Assembly: GCA_036172245.1 (NCBI GenBank)
Contig: JAYWIR010000007.1
Location: forward strand, 2,604,001 to 2,668,000
Direction of reading: 5' to 3'
Length of the DNA: 64,000 nt
Origin: Raillietiella orientalis
Taxonomy: Eukaryota
The notes beneath the pieces are model-generated. The model searched no databases. It worked only from the letters and a program-made list of their open reading frames with translations, and was not told where the DNA came from. This document shows positions 36,521 through 47,355 of this stretch, piece by piece. The position numbers and the translations under genes were made by a program. Position 1 is the stretch's first letter; every line of letters begins with the position of its first letter.

Positions 36521-39384
36521 GTCCGCACGCAGAGAAGGGAGTGCGAGTTCTTTGGGAAGCACAAAAAAGCAGATCTCTCCTCCTGAGTCCCTTGAAAGGA
36601 AGGAAAAAGGGAGAGTACACTCTGGAGCTCCCTCCTTTTTTTCCTGGGAGCCAAAGCAGCAGAGTGACGAGCCGATCTCGGACGCACAGAAGGGGCGAGC
36701 CTCCTCCTGAATAAATTCCAGGCTGTTTTCCTCGGTTGTCCGATTTTTTCGCGACAGCAGCGATGGTCCTGTAGAGGAGGGGGTTCCTTGCTCCTGGAGT
36801 TTGTCGGCAGGGCAAGCTCGCCGAAGGATCGCTGTGCTGCCGATAGGAAGCAAGGGAGGACGGGTGCTCCATTCCAGACGAGACATCGTCCAGACCCTGC
36901 ACGGGGAATCTTCCCCTTAACCCGGTCTCAAAAAGGGGCGAACGGGAACACTTGCTTTCTCCGCCGTCTCCATTTTGCTTCCCCGTGCCCTTCTGCCAGC
37001 TGAGCTGGCGTCCGTAGAACCGGAAAGGCAAAACGCTTGGACGGAACAGCCCGGCGACCCAGCGGAAGAAAGGAGCTCCACGCTAAATGGTGCGACGGAG
37101 CTCTTGCCCGGCGGGAATAGAAGCTGCCGGCTCTCTCGGAAGCAGGAAAAAGGAGTGGAGCTGTGCGTATCGGAGCGACGCGCGAACGACCTCTGGCATC
37201 AGAAGAACGTACTCCTTGGCAACGGATTGCCCTGCAGCTGCGAGCTCTCTCGAAACCCTCAATGCCTCTTAACTGAGCCTCAGAGAGATCCGAACTTGGT
37301 CCAAGCATCTCCCACCTATAAGAACCATTCTGCTAGCCGACAACTCCTTCGTTCTGGCTGTCCTATTGGCCAGGGACTCCTCCCTTCAAGCGTCCTTCGC
37401 TATTCGACTCAGATGCACCACTCTGGAAAGGAAATCCCAGCAGACAGACCGCAGTGCCTTTTCGTCTCTACAAGCACTCCCTCTTCAGTTTCCGAACGCG
37501 GGAGCAAGAGGCGGGGCACCGGCGTTAGCTTAGGGAGATGAAGTCAGAAGTCTCAGAGACAGGCTTGCTGCTTCTCTGGTCTGGATCCCGTCTACTCTTT
37601 AAGGGAGGGACCAGAGTGGAAGGATTGTTGATCTCGAGAGGTTCACACTAAGAAATGCCGAAGCTGCATGGAGTTTTTTAGAAGGAAAAGAGATGCAGTT
37701 CGCTCCAAAATAGCCGAGATGTTGGAGGGTTTTGTCAGTACTGGAACCATCGTGGCTTCTTCCCCCTGCTGACAGAGCTCTCTCGGCTAGACGACACTGC
37801 GTCGTGGTGAACAGTGTACAGTGGCGCTCCAAAAATCAGCTTCCCACGATTCGGGAGGCAAAAGGAGGAATGGTCAGGTCGACACTGCAACATACGAACA
37901 GTTGGAAAAAGAAATGCCTTTTCAGCTGCCCAGCCTATGGAATTCTGAACCGAGAATGCCACTGCGGCTGAAGAAGTAGTAGAAGGATCTTCGATCTCGA
38001 GGTGGTGAATATCTGGGAAGTTTCTGGAGAGCATGAAGAGCTAACGATAAGGATGGCGCTAGCATTTTGTGCAACCTGCAAGCGAAACCTCTGAGACTTC
38101 TCTGAACAAGAGCTACCACTGGTTAGGAGAACGCGAAGCATCCGCGGACCAAAAGAAAAACCCACATCTTCTCGATCTTCACCAGCTCAAAAGATGCCAA
38201 GAAACTTTCTTGCTTCGAGGAAACGCTTGCCAAGGATCTCACGCAAACGTGGAGCTTTCGGCAAGTGGGATCCATCTTCGAGAGTAAAGGCCGGATCGGC
38301 CGAGTGCCATCGACTGAAGATGGGCATGCGAAAGTCCTCTGTGATAGCTGAACGGCGGTTCTTTTCCATTGGTGGAATTCCTCCATCTGCACCCCCGGAG
38401 AATTCTGGCAGTTTCCAGCTTTACCCTGGTGCCCGGCGCTTCTTGTCAGAGGAAAAGTTCAACCGGCAGATCATATTCAGCGTTTCATCAGGGTGGGCAA
38501 GCGGGGAAGGCGAAAGAGAACTCGCAATTTCTTCCGGAGAAATGCTTTTGTTAGGATGTCAGAGGGGTCGCTCAGTGCAGCGACTCCGACGGTGCCGTGG
38601 ATAATAAGAGAAAATTCTCCTCGTAAGAAAAGACAAATCTATTGTTCTATAACCAGCAAGACGAATCCACTGTCTGCCACTTAATGTTACGGATGTCGTA
38701 AGGGCAGACCAAATGAATGGATGTCAGTTCTTCGAAGGAATGAACGCGGTTCCGTTTCCGGTTACCTTCGACGTTTTCTCTCCTCCCCCCCTTCCTTGTC
38801 CAGAGACCCAGCAGGATCGCTTTGGGTATCCGCAGTCGATCCGTATTTGGATTCAGGAATGCAAGGCGTGGTCGTGGAATTCCAAGTGCTCGGATATCCC
38901 GATTCTTCATGCGCTTGGTCGGAATGCAGGCAAAAAATCAAACCATCGCCCTAGGAATCCTGCGACCAGATAGCACCAAGGAAACTCTTTCTTGCATCCA
39001 TCGGACGAACGAATTTCCCTTCCGTCTTGACTCTGTCGCCCTGCACAAGGAACTCTGGTCTGTTGTGGTTTCCGGTTTGTCTCTTCGGTTGCGGTGGTTT
39101 GAAGAGTGATCAGAAGGAATGCAACAGAATCGTTCAAGTAAATTCAGGAGGAGCTGCGAACAACGGGAATCGATTGCTCTGCTTCTTCTGTGGTCTTCGG
39201 ACAGACCTGCTTCACCTGCCAGGCGGTTTCGCGAATTCCGGGTCTCGAGGATGTGTCTTACCGTTCGTTGGCCTTGAGGAGGAAGAGGCGAGAGGAATCC
39301 TAAATGCGCTGGAAAATGACGAGAGTGAGATGACCTTTCCATACCGTATCGCCGTAGTCCAAGAGGCATCTCTCACTACATGCA

Positions 39385-39540
39385 ATTTATTTATTCAAAA
39401 TAAATAAACAAAATGCATGTGGTCAGATATGCCAGTCCGAAACGAGGGAGACTGATGGGGGGTGGAAACAAAAAAAAAGTAAAGCAAAAGGAGAGAGACC
39501 AGTAGATGAATAAATAGATAAAGAATGAAGTGGACTGTTC
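39385..39540 (-). repeat. LINE-3'-UTR-like repeat related to 9195-9300
   Basis: Minus strand CGTTTCGGACTGGCATATCTGACCA...TTTATTTATTTTGAATAAATAAA parallels CGTTTCGGACCAGCAGCTGCCA...TTTATTTATT at ~9.25 kb. Confidence 0.4.
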
Positions 39541-40708
39541 TTGTAGTGTGACGAAGACGATTCCAGAGTGGCCTGCATTGATCAGGAAAGGGATGAGGAG
39601 AGGGGTTCACATTCACCGGCGTCGGTGAGTCTGCCTTAAGCGAGCTGACCAAGGCGAAGTTACGAAATGCTGAGAGAAAAGGGAAGGTGGTTGAAATCCT
39701 TCCTCAAGACGGAAACAAAAGATCAGAGACATTCCTTTCTCTTACGGCCACAGTCGGTGTGAAGGCTGATCTGGTATCCGCGCTATACTCGGGTGCAGTT
39801 AAAATCTCACGCATCACAACGAGAGCTACGTAGTAATGCAAGGTGGAATGAATATGAGGGACTGACATGTTCGGAAAGGGAAAAAGTGTGGGAGAGCTCG
39901 GTTCTTTGAGGAGAAACCAAATTTCAAAGAAATTTCTGAAAGACACCAAAAAATTCAAATTCAAAACAAACAAATTGCTCCCGGGACCCTGAGTGCAGCA
40001 AATTTGAGCAAACGCGAGCGTGGGGACCCTCATTTATCCAGGGGCGTCCGAAGAGACTGATCAGCGACGTCAAGATGAGATTAAAGAGATCCCTAGTGCA
40101 CACTGCATCATACAAAGCACTGATCATTATACGCTACATTGGTCCATGAATGAGAGGTGAGAGATCTCTGAAGAGATTTCAGAACTCCTAAGTCATGAAA
40201 GTCTGTTCATTGTCTCTTATCTCATATGGTAGCCCTTTGAGTCATTGGGAGACAACCCAGAAGCTATAAGAAGCGGTAGTAATGCAAGATGTGCATAAAG
40301 AGCTGGGGTAAACTGGGAGACCACTGCTTTAGGATGTCCTGAAGAGGGGAAAGAATGACTTTCGTTTTCTTATCATGCTTTAGGTGGAAAACCAATTTCA
40401 TTCCATTAACTTGGTGAGCTATTTCTCTAGAATAAGCATCGCAAATATGAGAGGACCATTTTCTTCTGATCTGCTTTCGAGGCGCTCTTCGCTGCACTCT
40501 CGACTCAGTCTGTGGAAGGCTTCCTCTTCTTCTGCTGCTGCATTTAACAGCCATCCTGCTTTTCTCTTAAGGCCGCAGAGTCATCTTTAGCTTCCCAAAT
40601 TTGTGAGGAGATTCAACCAATATAGTGGGATTGTCGTTAAAATAGTAGACTCATCTGTGAGGCTAATCCATCCACAGTCCCATGTGCCGTACTCACACGA
40701 TGATTATC

Positions 40709-41581
40709 ACTCGGTTATGCCAGGGCATTTATTACATAAACAAATAAAAATACATTAGTGTGGCAGAATCCTTGGCTCTACCACGTGCAATGAACCTGCA
40801 GAAGAGCGGTTCGCAGACCGTTGAGGTCCGCTTCGGCAGTGTGGATGAGGGAAAAACAAAAACAAAAAAAATGAACAGACAAAACAGGGAAGGGGAAATT
40901 ATACACGGGGAGGAAGGGAACCAGGGAAGGGATCATGATACGCTGCCAGGCGACCTCTGCATCCTGCTCAGGATACCGACAATTTCCATCTGTGTCTCGC
41001 CCAGGTGAGACCATCTCGAGCCGGTCTTCAGGAAGATCAGCGCTCGGTGGGTGGTGTCCCTGCCATTTCGGCCTCTTCTTCTGGTGTCCCAGGACGCGAC
41101 GATCCTGCGAAGTCAGCGGGGGACTGCGAGGCACGCGGCTGGCTGCAGAACGGCACGCGCGAAGAGGAGTTTCCAAATGTCCTTGGACCGCTTACAGAGA
41201 TTCCTAGAGTCGTCGCGATGCGATCCCGAAGGGGTCGGAGTACAGCATAGTCCAACAGCAGGTGCGGGAGGATATCCTTCTTCCCGCACCTGTCTCGCAC
41301 TCAGCGTCCATGCTTCCCCCCTTGTCCAGTGGCGAAGGAGAGCTTTGCACGGAATTCCCCATGCAACACCAGCAACGCCGACTCCTGCCACTTGAGGGGG
41401 AGGGTTGCCCTGTTCCAGCACGCTAGGGGCCACTTCATTCCTCCAGAGGGATGTCGAGCAGCTCTCCCCAGCGTACAAGTCCGTTGGGTGGGATACTCGG
41501 GGTCGCAGCGCTCGTCACTTCCCGAATTGTCCATGCCCCCAAGAGTTTCTCCTTTGCCATTATTCAGCAAGTCTCTTCAGT
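40709..41581 (-). mobile_element. 5'-truncated L1/Tx1-like LINE with target-site duplication
   Basis: PLKWQESALLVLHG, LLRHWT, DRCGKKDILPHLLLD and NGRDTTHRALIFLKTGSRWSHLG..IVGILSRMQ. UTR stem-loop at 40760-40784; terminal AATAAATGCCCTGGCATAACCGAGTG. Flanked by ACACGATGATTATC (40695-40708) and ACACGATGATAATC (41582-41595). Confidence 0.87.
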
Positions 41582-42188
41582 ACACGATGATAATCCGGAT
41601 GTTAGGATGAAACATCATGCAAACCCTTTCCAGTTCTTCTGCTATCACTGCTATCCTTCCAAATTTTTTTTTCAGATTTTCTTTTTTTTGATCTGCTAAG
41701 TACTGAAGAACCGTTCTCTTCCCTAAGGAAGGCTCCCGAAGCTCCTCAGCGCTGTCCACTCCAATTGAGTGTGTCTGTTACTCTTCAGATTCAAGGAGTA
41801 CCCAAGAGGAGACCGCCCTATGGATCCCGGAAGGCTATAGAGGAAGGAGTCCGTGTTCCTCTTAAGCTTAAGAGGAAACCACAAAATAAAACTCTTCGCT
41901 GTTCTCTTCGGAGGGAGCTCCTATAGGGGGCCGCTCCTCATGTATTCTCCGGAGGGAACCCCCGCAAGGGAAACGCTTCTTGTTATTCCTCTGAAGGTCC
42001 ACGGCACCCCGAAGGGACGCTTCCCAATTTCTCTGAAGGGAGCTCCACGGTACTCGACGGCTACGTTTCACAACAGGGAGAGCACCTCGAAGGGAGTCGG
42101 CTCCTTGATTCCTGGAAGGACCCCGGAGGGTCAACTTCCAACCCCGTTCAATCAACAGAGACTTCCGGCATCCACCAGTGCCGCATCC

Positions 42189-42598
42189 CTAGTGGCACTG
42201 TGCTGCCTACACGGGCTCGTGGCCGCATGGAACAACGCCAGAGACCAGAACGACAGGGACACCACCCGTTTTGCTGTCCTCTACATGAGGACGGAATCAG
42301 GATGGCCCCATCTGGGAACCATAAAACAGAAACTTGCAGGTATCCTTACCAGGATGCAGTGGGCGCCCTACAACACACACCCTTTCCCCTCCTTTCATCT
42401 TTTTTGACTGCAGTCCTTTTGGTTTGTTTTTCTCTTTTTGTTTGTCTTCCCTTCCCTCGTGCTGCCGAGGCGCACCCTGGCCTGCGTGCCAGATCCCGGC
42501 AGGTTCCTTTTCGTATTCATATGTAACGTGGCAGGATCAAACGTCCTGCCACAAACATGTAGGTTTAGAAATAAATGCCCCGGCGTGACAGGGTGTCA
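42189..42598 (+). mobile_element. Short 5'-truncated LINE copy with perfect 15-bp TSD
   Basis: LVALCCLHGLVAAWNNARDQNDRDTTRFAVLYMRTESGWPHLGTIKQKLAGILTRMQ. The UTR closely matches 54440-54590. ACCAGTGCCGCATCC lies at 42174-42188 and 42599-42613. Confidence 0.9.
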
Positions 42599-42629
42599 AC
42601 CAGTGCCGCATCCGAGTGGGTCAAACAGC

Positions 42630-42673
42630 GGTCCGCATTGGCGGCCGTGTGGATGCGGCCGCCAATGCGGACC
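42630..42673. repeat. Perfect 18-bp GC-rich inverted repeat, 8-nt spacer
   Basis: GGTCCGCATTGGCGGCCG tgtggatg CGGCCGCCAATGCGGACC. Confidence 0.95.
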
Positions 42674-42999
42674 AACTGAAAGTCGAGCTTTACAAAACGC
42701 AACTGCAGAAGCGTGAGGGAGAGCTGAGCTGGATGGATGAAAGCAGAGGCTGAAGAAGTCTGAGTTTTTGGTACAGTCTTGAAGGATAGAGGCGTTCGAC
42801 CTGCTCAAAGTCACGGCGATCCAGCAAAAGAGACTGACGACCGCTCACCAAATGAAGGAAACAGGCACCTCGAATGCTTCAAGACTGTAGCTAGAAACCA
42901 GGACAGGGTTTTCCAAAGGTTCCTGGGTATGGAACGGGACTGGAAGCTGTTCACTCCGGGAATCGAATACAAGGGCCTTGTTCCACGGTCTCACAGCAA

Positions 43000-45900
43000 C
43001 CAGAGGGGAAGGAGGGGAAGGAAGACTATTGAAAGCGCCTTTCTGTTTCAGTTTGGATGACCCCCTCGTAATAATCATGGAGAACCACAAGGGAACCCCC
43101 ACTTTGGTTTTTCTTTCTTCCGCAATCTGTAAATTCTTCTTTGCTTCCTTCTGATCCATATCTCTACCCATATCTCACTTCACAATACATTGTTGCTGCT
43201 GTTGCATTCTGCTCAAGGAAAAGAGCGTTCGGCCTCCTGTTGAGGCACTCAAGTCGGAAGCGGTCATGGACAGTTCATCGCAGGTCTTTCAAGGCTTCTT
43301 TCTTGCACCGCCTTCCTCGCTATCGGCCCAACCTTTCCCTCTCTATCGTCTCCATGGAGACCACCTTCCTCATTCGAGGGCAGGAGATGCTGCTGCTCAT
43401 CTTCCAGCTTCAAATAATTATCGCCCATACTCCAACTTAACTTAATCAGCGCTCGTCGTGCTGGAGAGTTCAACGATCGCCGAAGAGATGGATTGGACCG
43501 ACAGGCATGGCCAAAGTCGAAGGCTGCTGGGAAGGAGGAATTGGAAACTTGCTAAAGGAATTCTTCATCTTCTGCGATCTCATCAAGGTTAATCTCTTCT
43601 TACACAATTTCCGGTTTCTCAAGGTAATAATGGGGGTCTCCAATGATTACACTGTCCCGTCTGCTGGAATGCACCAGGATGCAGCAGGGCCGCAAGTGCA
43701 TCACAGGAGGATGTCAGTTCCCAGATTCTGCCCTTAAGAACCTGATCACAGGTATGCTCACCATCCTGGGCTTATCAGTTCTGTCGTGGATGACCGAAAT
43801 AGAAGGATCTGGCCCTTATCCCAGGAAGCTGTTCGAAGCCTGTACCACATACACGCAAAGGAAGTGTAAATGTTCCAACCTGGAATGTGAACTTCTGGAC
43901 ACTCAGGGCTGTTGCTAGATGAGACGAATGCAAAACTGGTGAGCGCACTCCATTCCCACTTTCTCCCTTCCTGATGCAGGCACTCGAGAATCATGTTAAT
44001 CATGCCATCCGGAGTCCGGCCCATCCCACTGAATATTTATTTGTCCAGTTATTCAGTGTTTATTGTTCTCCTTTGCCCACTTTCATCCTCCTACTAGATC
44101 TGTCCCTAGGGAGAGTTGGTCTTTTTTATCTCAAGCCCTCCAACATCAACCTCTTCCACGATATGAAATTTTATTGATTTATTCGTGATAAATAGCCCGG
44201 TAGCCCGAGATGAAAAGGTCTGCGACTGTTAGGGGATTCCTTCCTCACCTACTGGACAAAGCAGAAATCAGGAAAGGGGCTGAGTCCACATCTCGAAATG
44301 GAAAAAAGAGCAATTGGGATTGGATCACAAGAATCATACTCCTTGCACGACAATCTATGGAAGCTCAAGAGCTCCTTCTGCTCAAGATCGAGCCAAAAAA
44401 AGACCTGCTTCCAGAGGAGCGTGAGCACTACTTCCGGATGATGCATCGCTTCCGTTCCGTTCCGCTGCCTTCTAGGAAGCCTTCTGGTGTGTCCTGGCTC
44501 ATTTCGAAAAAAAAAACCGAAAAAGCGTTCCAGGATTCTGCTGCAGCTAGTAACAATCTGCGTAGGAGAAGAAAAAATCACTCAATGCAAGCAGGCTCGG
44601 AGGAGGATGCTCGTCTCCAAGTTTTTGGTCTGGGAAGCAAAGAGACCTTCAGCCCATTCTCAGTGCTTAAAAGCTAAATCCTCTTGCATCTGGCAGCAAG
44701 CAATGGGAACGGACAAAGCGCTTCTTATGAAGGCATCGGATGCCTTCGAAGACATTGATTAAAACATTCGAGAACCTCTGCAGTGTGACTCTCCGCTGCA
44801 AACAGAGGAAGAGCGAGTGGCCAAGTTGGCTCCTGGTGACATCTCAATGATTGGAACTTTAGGGAGATGCAGATGGGAATCCAAGTTCAGCGGTCGCAGT
44901 GGACCCGGTTCAGTTTATTTTTGGAGTGACCCATGGCTATTTGAGGAAGAATCACCTGAATTGCACCTCCCAGTCCATGCGCCATCATCAACAGAATAAT
45001 GAAATTCCTCAACGACATCAGGGGTTAAAGTTGATCGGCCAGCAGAAGAGGAAGCAGATTCTGTTCCCGTGAACTGAGCGAATCAGAGATGATCAGATAC
45101 CCTCAGAAAACGAATCTCTTCTGCCTTAATCCGTCGGGACTTTTCCCAATCCCTGAGGAAAAGTACGCGAAAGAAAACTCTTGGAGACCCACGGTTCTGG
45201 AAAGGAGAAGAGTCATCTTAAAGGGAAAATTTGAAGGCACTGCAACAAGATGTATAGATGATCCTCATCCCGTTTGACGAAGAGAAGAGAATTCTTCTTC
45301 AAAGGCAAGTAGAATCTGTTTCCTATTCGGAAACGCTTTCGTGAAGTGATGGTCCCTTGAAGATGGATCCCTGAGGGACCTGACAGAGACAGAGCATCCG
45401 CTGCCGAAACTGGAGAGCACGCAGTTGAGAGGGATGAAGCATTTGCGACAAGGATAGATTCAGCATTCAGTACCAGGACGCTCTCTCGAAGCACCCGAAA
45501 CAGATATTCCAGTGGGCCTCCTAAGAGACGAAGAAAAGACTCTTGTTCCTCTGTTTCCCGAGATCATCCTACTTTTGTTATTTGGTCTCAAGAGACTCAG
45601 ACTTCTGTAACATTTTCGTGCGTTCGAATCCACCCCTTCCAATCCAGGGATCCAGTGAATTACAAAGGGAATCTTCCTAGCTACAGGAAGATCAAGCCTA
45701 AGTAGTTTCCAAATCTTTCATTCCTGGAATGCGTCCTCATTCTGTCAATGGTAAATGGAAATAAATTTGGTTTGCTCCATCTTGGCGGGGTCATCCCTAG
45801 CGCGCCTGCTTCAGGAGTAGAGATTTGGGAAAAGGAACTTATCAAGTAATAGATGTGGATGATAGCAGCACCAAAGCAAGTTGGTACGTGTCCAAAGGGA

Positions 45901-47355
45901 GAGTATCCATGCAATCTTCCTCACCCTTTCGGATGGAGCATGATATCCTGGAGAGTTCAAAAGGGTGAGGAGAATTTCTTTTTACAACGAAAATTCCTTT
46001 TAGCTTTTAGAAACTGAGGTGAGTTCAGTGCACTTAGTGTCCGACTCTGTCCTCATCGGTCACTCGATTGCTGATCCCCTTCTGAGTCCAGAAGTCGTTT
46101 CGAGAGCTCCCCTTTTCCCTTTCCTTTTCCACGAAGTACAATTATCTTTCCTTCCAATAGACCCCCTCTGCATAAGAGGGGCATCCCGTCTCCCTTTGCG
46201 TTTGGGCAAGTCTGGTAAGTCCCAGACGATCTCTAATGACCCAAAGCAACAGATTTTATCTTGCCATCAGTTCTGTTCGCGTCCCTGCTTCTTGTTGGTT
46301 TCGTCTTTCGATAACGTTAGCGGGGAAATTTCAAACCAACCATCGACCATCGTAGTGGCTGATGCCTCAAGAAGGCCATGCCAGCAATAAGTGTTCTTGG
46401 CTGCAAGAAGAGGGAAGAGAAGCCATCACAAACGACAGAAATCTCGAGTGTCTCCTGACCGGAAGGTCACTCTCAAGTTTGAGAACGATGGAAAAAAGCC
46501 TCTGATTCTTTGCCTTCATTTCGGAGGCCACATTTCTTTGTAAAATGTCTTCCAGCTTCTTGCGAATCGCCTCTGTTCCTTTTTCTCCACGCTGTCTTCA
46601 TCTCTGCCACTGATGCTAACTTGGACTCCCCTTTGCTTCATGAGCTTGCAGGGAGACTTGAAGAATTCCCAGTTCCGCGTTCCTTGAACTCCATAGTTCA
46701 AGGGATGAGATGGCTGCGCCTTTTCGGGGTCTCGCCGAAGATTCCGTTCTCCGTCGGTATTATGGTCTGCAACGAGCCTATGATCAGGATGACGGAAGAA
46801 GCTGACAGTACTTTCAGTGGACGCCGTCTCAACGCAGAATTTTGAAAAATCTCCAAAAAGCGGAACACCTGGACTTGCCGAGCATCTCCAATGTCTCAAC
46901 GAGTACGTCCAGACCGCCTATAACGATCTCTAAAATTCGGCGGTTCGGCTCCTCGTAGGGAAACAGATCGATTTACCGAACCGATGCTGCTCCTGCAGTC
47001 AGTGACGGCGGTTTGTAAACTCTTCACCAGATGTTCCAAGGGCTGAAATTCCGTTTTACTTTCCAGTCGAAGCTTGTCGAGAAGAGGCAGGTGGGAGGGA
47101 AGGAAACTGGCATCTCGAGCCTTCGTACGGATGCGCTGTCATGCTACCGGGCATCGGAAAAACTGTCGGTGGAGAACGTGTCAGTCAACCATCTCGCATC
47201 AGATGTTTCGAATCCAGTAAGCACAGGCATCCCTTTCGAGAGAGCAGAGTAGGCAGAAAGACGCCTTTCCCTGGAAGGCGAGCGAACCTTCTTGACCAAA
47301 GTCTTCATTCTTGTTCAGGCGATCCGAATAAATTCCAATTAAGGACGGCAAGCAT
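43000..47355 (-). mobile_element. Heavily decayed, near full-length L1-type ORF2 (APE endonuclease + RT + C-terminus)
   Basis: Minus-strand motifs in the expected order: MLAVLNWNLFG (APE start, 47355-47323), FFRHPDHRLV (SDH-like, ~46800-46770), GTRNWEFF (~46685), LARKIPFVIH (~45680), EYLFRVLRE (~45510), RQ/GCSVS (~45405), IRFLRV (~45115), R*FFLK..ELGFP (~44955-44870), EDEQQHLL (~43405) and IWVEIWIRRKQRRI (~43172-43130). Each motif is individually weak. Confidence 0.6.
43500..44212 (+). mobile_element. Possible further LINE 3' end inserted in opposite orientation within the decayed L1
   Basis: A T-rich UTR-like tract ends in ATAAATAGCCCGGTAGCCCGAGATG-AAAA (44188-44216), resembling the family terminal motif. 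No convincing protein motif was found. Confidence 0.3.

Noticed and set aside
42033..42046. 14-nt match to the 3' part of plant miR319/159 (CTGAAGGGAGCTCC)
   Set aside because: The 5' end does not match, there is no complementary star arm, and it is one variant of a local degenerate repeat.
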